From the NCBI GenBank assembly GCA_035508495.1, contig DATJMX010000022.1, positions 44,139-108,138 on the forward strand: a DNA stretch of 64,000 nt, in the 5' to 3' direction. The stretch is from Candidatus Binataceae bacterium (GTDB taxonomy: Bacteria > Desulfobacterota > Binatia > Binatales > Binataceae). The position numbers and the translations under genes are program-made. The notes below the pieces were generated by a model. The model was not told the origin of the DNA. It saw only the letters and a list, made by a program, of their open reading frames with translations, and did not search any database. How positions within the stretch are numbered: the first letter of the stretch is position 1; the number at the start of each line of letters is the position of its first letter. This document shows positions 11,660-19,191 of the stretch, piece after piece.

Positions 11660-12391
11660 ATGCTGATCGAGGTCGAGCACCTGACCAAGGCCTTCAAGGA
11701 CTTCATCGCGGTCAACGACGTTACATTTTCCGCCGCCGAGGGCGAGATCGTCGGCCTGGTCGGCCCGAACGGCGCGGGCAAGAGCACCACCATTCACATG
11801 ATGCTCGGCCTCATCACTCCGAGCGCCGGAACGATCCGTTTGTTGGGCAAGCGTCTCGAAGAGGACCGCGAGACGATCCTGCAAAATCTGAATTTCAGCT
11901 CCCCTTACACGGCGTTCCCGCCGCGTCTCACCGTGCTCGAGAATCTCACGGTCTTTGCGCGAATCTACAAAGTGGAAAATCCGCGCTCTGCGATCATGGA
12001 ATTGCTCGAGCGATTCGAAATCGCTCACCTCAGAAACAAACCTGTATCGCGATTGTCGTCGGGCGAGACTACCCGGGTTGGGTTGTGTAAAGCGTTTATT
12101 AATAAGCCGCGGCTTTTATTGCTCGACGAGCCGACTGCGTATCTCGATCCGCAGGCCGCCGTGCAGGTGAGAGAAATCCTCCTGGATATGCAGAAGACCT
12201 CACGAACTACAATTCTATATACCTCCCATAACATGCGCGAGGTTCAGCGCATGTGCAATCGAATTATATTTCTTAATCGCGGCCGAATCGTCGTAAGCGG
12301 CACGCCCCTCCAGATCACTCGTGAAGTACTGCGAGAGGAGCGCGAGCATCCTGCGCTCGAGGAAGTATTCGTCCATGTTGCAAGGCGCTAG
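11660..12391 (+). CDS. ABC transporter ATP-binding protein (DrrA/NodI-like, ABC-2 subfamily)
   Basis: Walker A GPNGAGKST, signature LSSGETTR, Walker B LLLLDEPT. ATG 11660 gives the typical MLIEVEHLTKAF N-terminus; the upstream 27 codons of the listed ORF were rejected. Confidence 0.9.
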   Translation: MLIEVEHLTKAFKDFIAVNDVTFSAAEGEIVGLVGPNGAGKSTTIHMMLGLITPSAGTIRLLGKRLEEDRETILQNLNFSSPYTAFPPRLTVLENLTVFARIYKVENPRSAIMELLERFEIAHLRNKPVSRLSSGETTRVGLCKAFINKPRLLLLDEPTAYLDPQAAVQVREILLDMQKTSRTTILYTSHNMREVQRMCNRIIFLNRGRIVVSGTPLQITREVLREEREHPALEEVFVHVARR

Positions 12392-13181
12392 CCGGATGCG
12401 GATGCATCGTATCGTCGCCATAATCGTGCGGCACCTCTACGAGATCCGCCGCAATGCGAATCACGTTACGAACATGATCTACTGGCCGATCATGAACATC
12501 ATGGTCTGGGGCTTCTTTACTATCTATCTGAGGCGCGACGCGATGCGCCCGGGCCTGGTGAGTTGCCTGCTCGGCGCGGTAATCCTGTGGGGGTTGTTCA
12601 ATGGCTTTCAGCGCGACATGGCAGTTGGCTTCCTCGACGAGCTATGGTCGCGAAACCTGGTGAATCTATTCGCCTCGCCCCTCAGTGTTCCGGAATACGT
12701 CACCGGCCTCGTCGCGGTAAACGCGATCAAGGTGATGATCGGTGTCGCGTTTGAAGCGGTAATCGCATGGATGTTTTACCACTTCAACATTTTTCCGATG
12801 CTGCCGCAGTTCGTGCCCTTCATCCTCAATCTGGCATTATTCGCGCTCGCGATCGGCGTCGCAGTGACCGGGCTGATTTTTCGTTATACGACGAAGTTTC
12901 AGACGCTGGCATGGAGTTTCGCCGGCGTGCTGATGCCGCTATCGTGCGTCTTCTATCCGCTTGATGCTCTGCCCGGGTTCCTTCGCCCCATCGCGTGGCT
13001 GCTGCCGACCACTCACAGCTTCGAGGGGATGCGTCAGATTATCACTCGAGGTGAGTTTTCGATTGCCCACTTCAACTGGGGTCTCGCACTCAACTTCTGC
13101 TATTTCGGTCTCGCGATGATCTTCTTCAGCGCGATGTTCGAATCGGCCAAGCAGCGTGGGCTGCTGGTAAAGATGGAATAG
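12375..13181 (+). CDS. ABC-2 type transporter permease (DrrB/NodJ-like)
   Basis: About six predicted TM helices and an ABC-2-like N-terminus (IVRHLYEIRRN). ATG 12375 overlaps the ATPase stop (12389-12391); ATG 12396 is an alternative. Confidence 0.85.
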   Translation: MLQGASRMRMHRIVAIIVRHLYEIRRNANHVTNMIYWPIMNIMVWGFFTIYLRRDAMRPGLVSCLLGAVILWGLFNGFQRDMAVGFLDELWSRNLVNLFASPLSVPEYVTGLVAVNAIKVMIGVAFEAVIAWMFYHFNIFPMLPQFVPFILNLALFALAIGVAVTGLIFRYTTKFQTLAWSFAGVLMPLSCVFYPLDALPGFLRPIAWLLPTTHSFEGMRQIITRGEFSIAHFNWGLALNFCYFGLAMIFFSAMFESAKQRGLLVKME

Positions 13182-14075
13182 TCATTCGACGTCGAGCGTG
13201 CGACCCAGGCTCTCGAAGAGGGCGGAGCTCATCACACCGCGCGGCGGCGCGACACCATTAAATAGCTTGAAAGCGAGCTCGCCCTGGTTCACCAGCATGC
13301 CCGCGCCGTCGGCGGCGCGCCGTCCCGCTTCGACGGCCGGCTCGAGAAACGGCGTGGGCTTCGCCGCATAGATCAAGTCATAGAAGAAGCAGTCTTCGGC
13401 CGCGGCCTCGTAGTTGAGCCGCGCGAAGCGGCGCGTCGTCAGGCCCATCGGTGTCGCGTTCAGAATGCCGTGCGCGCCCGCGAGCAATTGAGCGTCGAAC
13501 AAGGCATCAAGCCCGCGAACCTCGATCCTGGGCGCGCGGCGAAATGATTTGGCAATGCGCCGGGCCAGGCGCGCAGCTCGCGCCCGGGTTCGATTGGCGA
13601 TGACGATTTTGGAAACGCCGATTCTTAAGCACGCGACGGCGGCAGCGGCAGCACCGCCGCCCGCGCCAATCACGATCGCGACTCCGCCCGCGAGCCCTGG
13701 CGCGCGCTCGCGAAGATCGAGCTCGAGGCCGCGGGCATCAGTGTTGTCGCCGTAAAGCCGTCCCTTGCGGTTCGCGACGCAATTCACCGCACCCAGGACC
13801 CGCGCTTCGGCGCTCAGTTCGTCCACCAGCCGTACCGCTCGTTCTTTGTGCGGCACCGTCAGGTTGACGCCGAGGATGCCGAGAGCAGTGATGGAGCGCA
13901 AAGCGGTCGGCAATGCGGCCGGCTTCACGTGGAACGGAACGTAGATGCGATCCAACTCGAGCGCTGCATATGCAGCGTTGTGCATCGCCGGGGATCTCGA
14001 ATGATCAACCGGATCGCCAAAGATGCCGGTGAGTCGGGTCGTTCCCGCGATCTTGTGAAAGGCGGCCGATGTCAC
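13182..14075 (-). CDS. aroE: Shikimate dehydrogenase
   Basis: LTGIFGDPVDHSRSPAMHNAAY plus a GAGGGAAAAAVA Rossmann motif. GTG 14075 overlaps the pyrE TGA (GTGA). The Arg-rich 171-aa extension of the listed ORF overlaps pyrE and was rejected. Confidence 0.85.
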   Translation of the reverse strand: MTSAAFHKIAGTTRLTGIFGDPVDHSRSPAMHNAAYAALELDRIYVPFHVKPAALPTALRSITALGILGVNLTVPHKERAVRLVDELSAEARVLGAVNCVANRKGRLYGDNTDARGLELDLRERAPGLAGGVAIVIGAGGGAAAAAVACLRIGVSKIVIANRTRARAARLARRIAKSFRRAPRIEVRGLDALFDAQLLAGAHGILNATPMGLTTRRFARLNYEAAAEDCFFYDLIYAAKPTPFLEPAVEAGRRAADGAGMLVNQGELAFKLFNGVAPPRGVMSSALFESLGRTLDVE

Positions 14076-14635
14076 GCGAGTTCTTTCGCGGCGCGCTGGA
14101 GCTCTTGGCCCTTGTAAACTGACTGTATACTCAGGCCCTCGCGCGCGAATGCCTCGGCGCCGCCCTCCTGCCGATCGACGAGAAATAGCGCTGCGATGAC
14201 GATCGCGCCGCTTTCGCGCACAGCCTTCAGTGCGTCGATAGTCGAGCCGCCGGTCGTGATCGTATCGTCGAGCACGGCCGTCTTGAGCCCGGATTGGAAG
14301 GCGCCTTCGATCTGCTTGCCCATTCCATGGGTCTTCGCTTCCTTGCGCACGAAAAAGCCGCGCATCGTGACATTGTGTCGATACGCGGCGGCGAGAATCG
14401 CGTCGGTCACCGGAATCGCCGCCGCCGCCATCCCGCCGATTTGCTCGACACCGGCCCCGACCGCCATCTCGAGCATCAGCTCGCCAGCCAGAAATGCCGC
14501 GCGCGGCAAGAACATTGCGCGCCGGCAATCGAGGTAGTAGTTCGACTTCTTCCCCGAGGCGAGTGTGACTTCGCGTTCGACGTAGCACTCGCGGATGAGA
14601 GTCTCGAGCAATTCTTTGCGGTAGTCGGAGTTCAT
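14072..14635 (-). CDS. pyrE: Orotate phosphoribosyltransferase
   Basis: 187 aa with the PRPP-binding motif VLDDTITTGGS and LASGKKSNYYLDCR, typical of PyrE. Confidence 0.9.
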   Translation of the reverse strand: MNSDYRKELLETLIRECYVEREVTLASGKKSNYYLDCRRAMFLPRAAFLAGELMLEMAVGAGVEQIGGMAAAAIPVTDAILAAAYRHNVTMRGFFVRKEAKTHGMGKQIEGAFQSGLKTAVLDDTITTGGSTIDALKAVRESGAIVIAALFLVDRQEGGAEAFAREGLSIQSVYKGQELQRAAKELA

Positions 14636-14682
14636 CGCTGACGAATCTTAGCCGATGTCACCACGCGGACAACAGGATTAGA

Positions 14683-15288
14683 GTGGGCATCGAGCAGAAC
14701 AAGCCTCAAATGATTCCGCCGCGCTATTATCTGATCCTGTTGGCCGCCTTGGTGGTCGAGAGAATATTCGAACTCTACCTGTCCAAGCGCAACGCATCGC
14801 GTGCATTTCAACGCGGCGCGAGCGAAGCGGGGCAGAACCATTACAAGGTGATGGTCGTGCTCCACAGCGCGTTTATCGCGTCGTGTGCCTTGGAGGCGGT
14901 GTTCTTCCCGCGGGCAATCGCACCGGCGATAGGGTGGACCGCGCTCGGCGCCGAAGTCCTCGCGCAGGCCCTTCGTTACTGGGCGATCGCCACGCTTGGC
15001 GAGCGCTGGAACACGCGCATCATCGTCACGCATTCGGCAGCGCCTGTGACCGGCGGACCCTACAGGCTCGTGCGGCATCCGAACTACGTCGCCGTCGCGA
15101 TCGAGATTGCCGCCGTGCCGCTGATCGGCGGCGCAGTGGTGACGGCGATCGTCTTCTCGATCGCAAACGCATTTCTGCTCGCGGTCCGGATCCGCGCCGA
15201 AGAGCGCGCGCTTGGGACATCGTGGGCGGCGGCCTTCGATTCGCGACCACGATTCATGCCGGCGCTCCATCGCGGCAAGCAGCGGTGA
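14683..15288 (+). CDS. Isoprenylcysteine carboxyl methyltransferase (ICMT/PEMT) family membrane protein
   Basis: Multi-TM protein with the family signature GPYRLVRHPNYVAV...RIRAEERAL. GTG 14683 or ATG 14710. Confidence 0.8.
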   Translation: MGIEQNKPQMIPPRYYLILLAALVVERIFELYLSKRNASRAFQRGASEAGQNHYKVMVVLHSAFIASCALEAVFFPRAIAPAIGWTALGAEVLAQALRYWAIATLGERWNTRIIVTHSAAPVTGGPYRLVRHPNYVAVAIEIAAVPLIGGAVVTAIVFSIANAFLLAVRIRAEERALGTSWAAAFDSRPRFMPALHRGKQR

Positions 15289-15335
15289 GGCGCGTCGCTT
15301 CATAGCGCGGACGCGCACCTGCTATCATCCGGGTC

Positions 15336-16019
15336 GTGTTTTTCGCACCATTCGTCTTCTTCTGGGCGCTGATCTTCTTCCTCTTGCTGGCTTTCCTGTT
15401 TGCGCTGATTCAGATCCACATCATCAACTATGCGTTCACGATGGTGGGGCTGCCGCCGTCGCTGGCGATGCTCGCGCTGCTGGCTGCGCTGATTGGCAGC
15501 TACATCAACATCCCGATAACGCGCATCGAAAGTAACGCGCCGCGCACCGGGCCGCTGGTGCGCAGCTTCGGCGTCGCGTACCGCGTCCCCACGCATCTGG
15601 CGAGCGGCTCGACCGTGATTGCGATCAATGTCGGCGGAGCGATCGTTCCGATCCTGATATCAGCCTACGTCCTGTTCCATTGGCCGGCGATAATCGGTGC
15701 GTCGATCATCGGCACCGCGGTCGTGACCTTCGTCGTGCATCGCTTTGCGCGCCCGATCCCGGGCCTCGGAATCGCCACGCCGATGCTGGTGCCGCCGATC
15801 GCCGCTGCGCTGGTCGCCTACGTCATGGACGCGACCGTCGGCGTTCATCATCGCGACGCCGTGGCGTTCATCAGCGGCGTGATGGGCACGCTCATCGGCG
15901 CCGACCTGCTCAACCTCGATCACATCGCGGGCCTCGGCGCGCCAGTCGCATCGATCGGCGGCGCCGGCACCTTCGACGGCATCTTCCTGACCGGCATCGT
16001 CGCCGTCCTGCTCGCATAG
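15336..16019 (+). CDS. DUF1614-like integral membrane protein
   Basis: 227 aa, very hydrophobic. The N-terminus (FALIQIHIINYAFTMVGLPPSLAMLALLAALIGSYINIPI) resembles DUF1614 by recall. Confidence 0.55.
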   Translation: MFFAPFVFFWALIFFLLLAFLFALIQIHIINYAFTMVGLPPSLAMLALLAALIGSYINIPITRIESNAPRTGPLVRSFGVAYRVPTHLASGSTVIAINVGGAIVPILISAYVLFHWPAIIGASIIGTAVVTFVVHRFARPIPGLGIATPMLVPPIAAALVAYVMDATVGVHHRDAVAFISGVMGTLIGADLLNLDHIAGLGAPVASIGGAGTFDGIFLTGIVAVLLA

Positions 16020-16028
16020 CGCGGCGGC

Positions 16029-16427
16029 TTACGCGGGTTTGAATTTCACCAGCGTGTGATCGGGTGTGACGTCGTCGAAGTATGCGACGACCGGCATCTC
16101 GACTCGCACTTCCTTGGGATCCGCGATGATGTTGGTCGTCACGCGCGGGCCTTCGTCGAGCTCGACGATCGCAAGGATGTACGGCTCCATGAAGCGGCGG
16201 CTCGATGAGCGATACACCGTTGTATAGCTGTAAACCTTGCCGCGCCCGCTGACCGGCTCCCACTTGAGCGCGTCGGCAAAGCAATGCGGGCATCGATCGC
16301 GCGGATAGTAGACGAACTTCCCGCAGGCGCCGCACTTCTGCAGTTGCAGCTTGTGCTGCTTGGCCGCGTCCCAGAAAGGTTTGCTCGTTGGCGACGGCTT
16401 TGGGAGAGGCTTCAGGTATTCGCTCAT
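16029..16427 (-). CDS. Zn-ribbon/OB-fold protein (DUF35), thiolase partner
   Basis: CGACGKFVYYPRDRCPHC zinc ribbon followed by an OB-fold region. Overlaps the upstream thiolase-like gene by 4 nt. Confidence 0.85.
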   Translation of the reverse strand: MSEYLKPLPKPSPTSKPFWDAAKQHKLQLQKCGACGKFVYYPRDRCPHCFADALKWEPVSGRGKVYSYTTVYRSSSRRFMEPYILAIVELDEGPRVTTNIIADPKEVRVEMPVVAYFDDVTPDHTLVKFKPA

Positions 16428-17581
16428 GATTTGCGCTCCATGATGAGGGCGACCTGCTCGCTCATGATGCCGCCGTTGCCGTTGACGTAGCCGAGCGAGG
16501 CGTTTTTCACCTGGCGCTCACCGCCGCGGCCCATCAACTGACGAATCATCTCGGTGACGTGACTCATACCTCCGGCCAACCCCGGTTGACCGAATGACAA
16601 CTGCCCGCCATGCGTGTTGCAGGGGAAATCGCCTTTGTAGGTGAGATCGTGCTCGGCGACAAACGCGCCGCCCTGGCCTTTTTTGCAGAAGCCCGCGTCC
16701 TCGATCGTGACGATCACTGTGATCGTGTAACAATCGTATGGACAAACGATCTGCATGTCCTGCGGCTTGAGCCCGGCCATCTTGAAGGCCGAATCCGCCG
16801 CGGTCTTGATCGGCGATTCGGTCAGCGATGGCGCGTACGTGATCGATGAATGATTGGCGAACTCGCCGGCGCCCTGCAGCCAGATCGGCGGATGCTTCGC
16901 GCGCTTGGCGACTTCCGGCGACGCCACGATCACCGCCGCTCCGCCGCTTACCGGACTTACGATCTCGAACAGGTGCAGGGGATCGACGATGACGCGCGAC
17001 TTGAGCACGTCGGCGATCGTGATCGGCTTGTCATTGAAAGTGGCGAGCGGATTCTTGAGCGCGTTGGTGCGCTGATCGACGGCGACCTTCGCCATCTGCT
17101 CGGAGGTGGTGCCGTACTCGTGCATATGGCGGCGCGCGATCATCGCGTAGCCGCAGTTCGCGCCGATATTGCCGTAGGGCGACTCGAACTCGCGTTGCAC
17201 CGAGACAGTCGGCGGGCGCTGGTCGCCGGCTTTGTTCAGGTCGGCGACGAGGCATAGCACCGCGTTGCACATCCCGGCGTCGATCGCGGCGGCGGCGCGC
17301 CAGATCATCCCGGCGGGACTCGCACCGCCGATATCGACCTGGTTCAGCATCTTGCATTCGAGGCCCAGGACTTCGGCCGCGCTCGCAGGATAGATGAAAC
17401 CCGGATCGGCAAACGGCACGCCGACCAGGAACCCGTCGATGTCTTTCTTTTCGAGGCCGGCATCGGCGATCGCCTCGGCAGCAACCGTCGCCATCAGGCC
17501 GAGCGCCGTATGATTGCCCGGCTCCTTGAGCGGTTTGAGTTCGCCGATACCGATCGCGGCGGCTTTTCCCTTAAGACTCAT
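16424..17581 (-). CDS. Thiolase-like protein (SCP-x / non-specific lipid-transfer type)
   Basis: 385 aa with a thiolase-fold pattern (C-terminal GGQLSFGQPGLAGG) and the classic pairing with a DUF35 gene. Confidence 0.85.
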   Translation of the reverse strand: MSLKGKAAAIGIGELKPLKEPGNHTALGLMATVAAEAIADAGLEKKDIDGFLVGVPFADPGFIYPASAAEVLGLECKMLNQVDIGGASPAGMIWRAAAAIDAGMCNAVLCLVADLNKAGDQRPPTVSVQREFESPYGNIGANCGYAMIARRHMHEYGTTSEQMAKVAVDQRTNALKNPLATFNDKPITIADVLKSRVIVDPLHLFEIVSPVSGGAAVIVASPEVAKRAKHPPIWLQGAGEFANHSSITYAPSLTESPIKTAADSAFKMAGLKPQDMQIVCPYDCYTITVIVTIEDAGFCKKGQGGAFVAEHDLTYKGDFPCNTHGGQLSFGQPGLAGGMSHVTEMIRQLMGRGGERQVKNASLGYVNGNGGIMSEQVALIMERKS

Positions 17582-17703
17582 GTGCGATGCTCCCGAAATC
17601 AGTTCGTCGCCCGACGCTTATCACACTTTGGCGCGAGGGCGTGAGACGCGATGCGATCGTGAAGCGCGCCCGGGCGCGATGCTGACTCGCGCGGCGGCAT
17701 CGG

Positions 17704-18018
17704 CTAGTTTGGGAAGATTACGAGGTGCTTTGATAGATGGCTTTCATCATTTGCGACGACCATAACCTTGACGTCGAGGCCGATGGCATCGACAACGCCC
17801 TGGCAAAACAGCTGATGCTGACGGATGCCAAGGCTGACGCGACTCCCACCGAAAAAGAAATCATCGAATTTGGCAAGAAGCATCGCGACTGTAACATCCG
17901 GATCCTGGCCGGTTGACAACGCGTCCGCTCGCTCTTCTGGATCGCGAGAACAGCCTGCGACGATTGTGCCGCAGGCTTTTCGACGCGCGAAATATTCGGG
18001 CAGTAATTTTCCGATCAT
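17704..18018 (-). CDS. Listed 104-aa ORF, probably a shadow of the + strand small gene
   Basis: No SD and no recognisable family. Contains the + strand terminator hairpin, and its start abuts the tRNA promoter. Kept only as a low-confidence alternative. Confidence 0.2.
   Translation of the reverse strand: MIGKLLPEYFARRKACGTIVAGCSRDPEERADALSTGQDPDVTVAMLLAKFDDFFFGGSRVSLGIRQHQLFCQGVVDAIGLDVKVMVVANDESHLSKHLVIFPN
17737..17916 (+). CDS. Small hypothetical protein (59 aa), absent from the ORF track
   Basis: ATG 17737 lies 9 nt after GAGGTG (17722-17727). Third codon positions are more G/C-rich than in the opposite-strand ORF. TGA at 17914-17916, followed by a stem-loop + TTTT at 17952-17980. MAFIICDDHNLDVEADGIDNALAKQLMLTDAKADATPTEKEIIEFGKKHRDCNIRILAG. 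Confidence 0.5.
   Translation: MAFIICDDHNLDVEADGIDNALAKQLMLTDAKADATPTEKEIIEFGKKHRDCNIRILAG
17952..17980 (+). terminator. Rho-independent terminator candidate after the 59-aa ORF
   Basis: AGCCTGCG / CGCAGGCT 8-bp stem, 10-nt loop, followed by TTTT. Confidence 0.55.
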
Positions 18019-18019
18019 A

Positions 18020-18047
18020 TTGACCGGTGATCCGAGCGGCAGATACT
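18020..18047 (+). promoter_or_regulatory. Sigma70-like promoter candidate for tRNA-fMet
   Basis: TTGACC (18020-18025), 16-nt spacer, GATACT (18042-18047). The predicted start falls about 7 nt downstream, at or near the mature tRNA 5' end (18055). Confidence 0.4.
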
Positions 18048-18054
18048 ATTCCGC

Positions 18055-18131
18055 CGCGGGGTGGAGCAGTCTGGTAGCTCGCCGGGCTCATAACCCGGAG
18101 GTCGAAGGTTCAAATCCTTCCCCCGCAACCA
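18055..18131 (+). tRNA. Initiator tRNA-fMet (anticodon CAT), CCA encoded
   Basis: 77 nt, CGCGGGGTGGAGCAG...GGGCTCATAACCC...GGTTCAAATCC...CCCCGCAACCA. Has the C1xA72 mismatch and three G-C pairs closing the anticodon stem, both initiator hallmarks, and is near-identical in layout to E. coli tRNA-fMet. Confidence 0.95.
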
Positions 18132-18205
18132 GTAAATTCTCCTGACATTGCCGAAAGGCCGCGATCGTCGAGAGGGAGCGCCTTACGCGCTTGGCCGGGT
18201 TGCTA

Positions 18206-18790
18206 ATGTCGAGCCCAGAAATCCTGGAGTTGTTTGCCGCGCGCAAGGGACATTTCCGTTTCGAGTCCGGCCATCACGGCGACCTCTGGCTCGACATTCC
18301 TCGCGCGTACACGAATCCGCGGCGTCTTCGCAACTTCGCATCGCAACTCGCGCGTCGGATGATCAGACACAACGCCGAGCTTGTCTGCGGGCCGCTGGTC
18401 GAGGGTGCGCTACTTGCGCAGATGGTTGCCGAGGAAATGGGAGCGGAGTTCGTCTTCGCCGAGCAGTTTGTGCGGACCGATCCGAGTCGCCTTTTCCCCA
18501 CGGGCTATCGGATTCCGGCAGCTCTGCGCTCGTTCCTGACAGGAAAGCGCGTCGCGGTTGTTGACGATGTGATCAATGCGGGGTCGGCGGTTCGCGGCGC
18601 GATCGAAGACCTCGAAACCTGCGGCGCCACTGTCGTCGCGATCGGCGCGCTCATGGCACGAATCGACCAGGCCTCGGCTCTTGCCGCGAGCAAGGGCGCC
18701 TCGCTCGAATGCCTGGCACCGATGCCGGCAAGCCAGCTCTGGGAACCTCCACAGTGTCCGTTGTGTACATCAGGAATCGCGCTCGAATAA
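18206..18790 (+). CDS. Phosphoribosyltransferase, PyrE-like (second PRTase in window)
   Basis: PRPP loop VAVVDDVINAGSA and a PyrE-like N-terminus (LELFAARKGHFRFESGHHGDLWLD). ATG 18206 preferred over TTG 18191. Confidence 0.7.
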   Translation: MSSPEILELFAARKGHFRFESGHHGDLWLDIPRAYTNPRRLRNFASQLARRMIRHNAELVCGPLVEGALLAQMVAEEMGAEFVFAEQFVRTDPSRLFPTGYRIPAALRSFLTGKRVAVVDDVINAGSAVRGAIEDLETCGATVVAIGALMARIDQASALAASKGASLECLAPMPASQLWEPPQCPLCTSGIALE

Positions 18791-18876
18791 CCTGAAAAAA
18801 GTAGCCCGGCGCATACGCTCCGGATGCTTATTTCGCTCGGCGGAAGATCGCCTTTGCGCGATTGTCTCTCTCCAAG

Positions 18877-18904
18877 TTTTGAAGCGGTTATTTTGAAGCG
18901 CTTA
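18877..18904. repeat. Tandem 14-mer x2 (TTTTGAAGCGGTTA / TTTTGAAGCGCTTA)
   Basis: Read directly in the 400-nt AT-richer intergenic region upstream of the CHRD gene; one mismatch between the copies. Confidence 0.6.
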
Positions 18905-19191
18905 AATTAGTCCGGCGTCCGCGATCCTGGCCGGAGCTCTCATGCTCGGCCTGTCTAATTTCTCTGCTCCCGTCAGTCCGGCAACCGGCCAAAGCTAGTC
19001 CGCCGCATCGACCGCCTCGTGCGTCGCGGCGATTCTCTACGCTCAACCGAAAACAGATGTTCTATGATAGCAGGCAGTTAACAAAACCGTCCATTACGGC
19101 TTGCCAAAATTTGCCCCTTTCTGTCTAATTAAGCCAATTAAAGTACCAGAGAATCTGTAGTCGCAACCCTAAATCACGAGGAGGTCTCGAT

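Noticed and set aside
14076-14588. N-terminal 171-codon extension of the aroE ORF (listed as 468 aa). Analogous upstream extensions occur at 43714-44190 (peptidase), 45486-45668 (FIST), 51443-51691 (BatA-N), 40876-41016 (E1a), 60258-60422 (CoA-transferase), 40030-40122 (CaiB) and 30638-30736 (GT-C).
   Set aside because: The extensions overlap the preceding real gene or are Arg/Ser-rich. Internal starts with an SD or stop-start overlaps give the canonical family N-termini.
18942-19150. Tiny ORFs in the CHRD upstream region (18-aa MLGLSNFSAPVSPATGQS with GGAG upstream; 23-aa MFYDSRQLTKPSITACQNLPLSV)
   Set aside because: They are too short to evaluate and cannot be checked for conservation here. 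They are mentioned only as possibilities within the intergenic-region finding.
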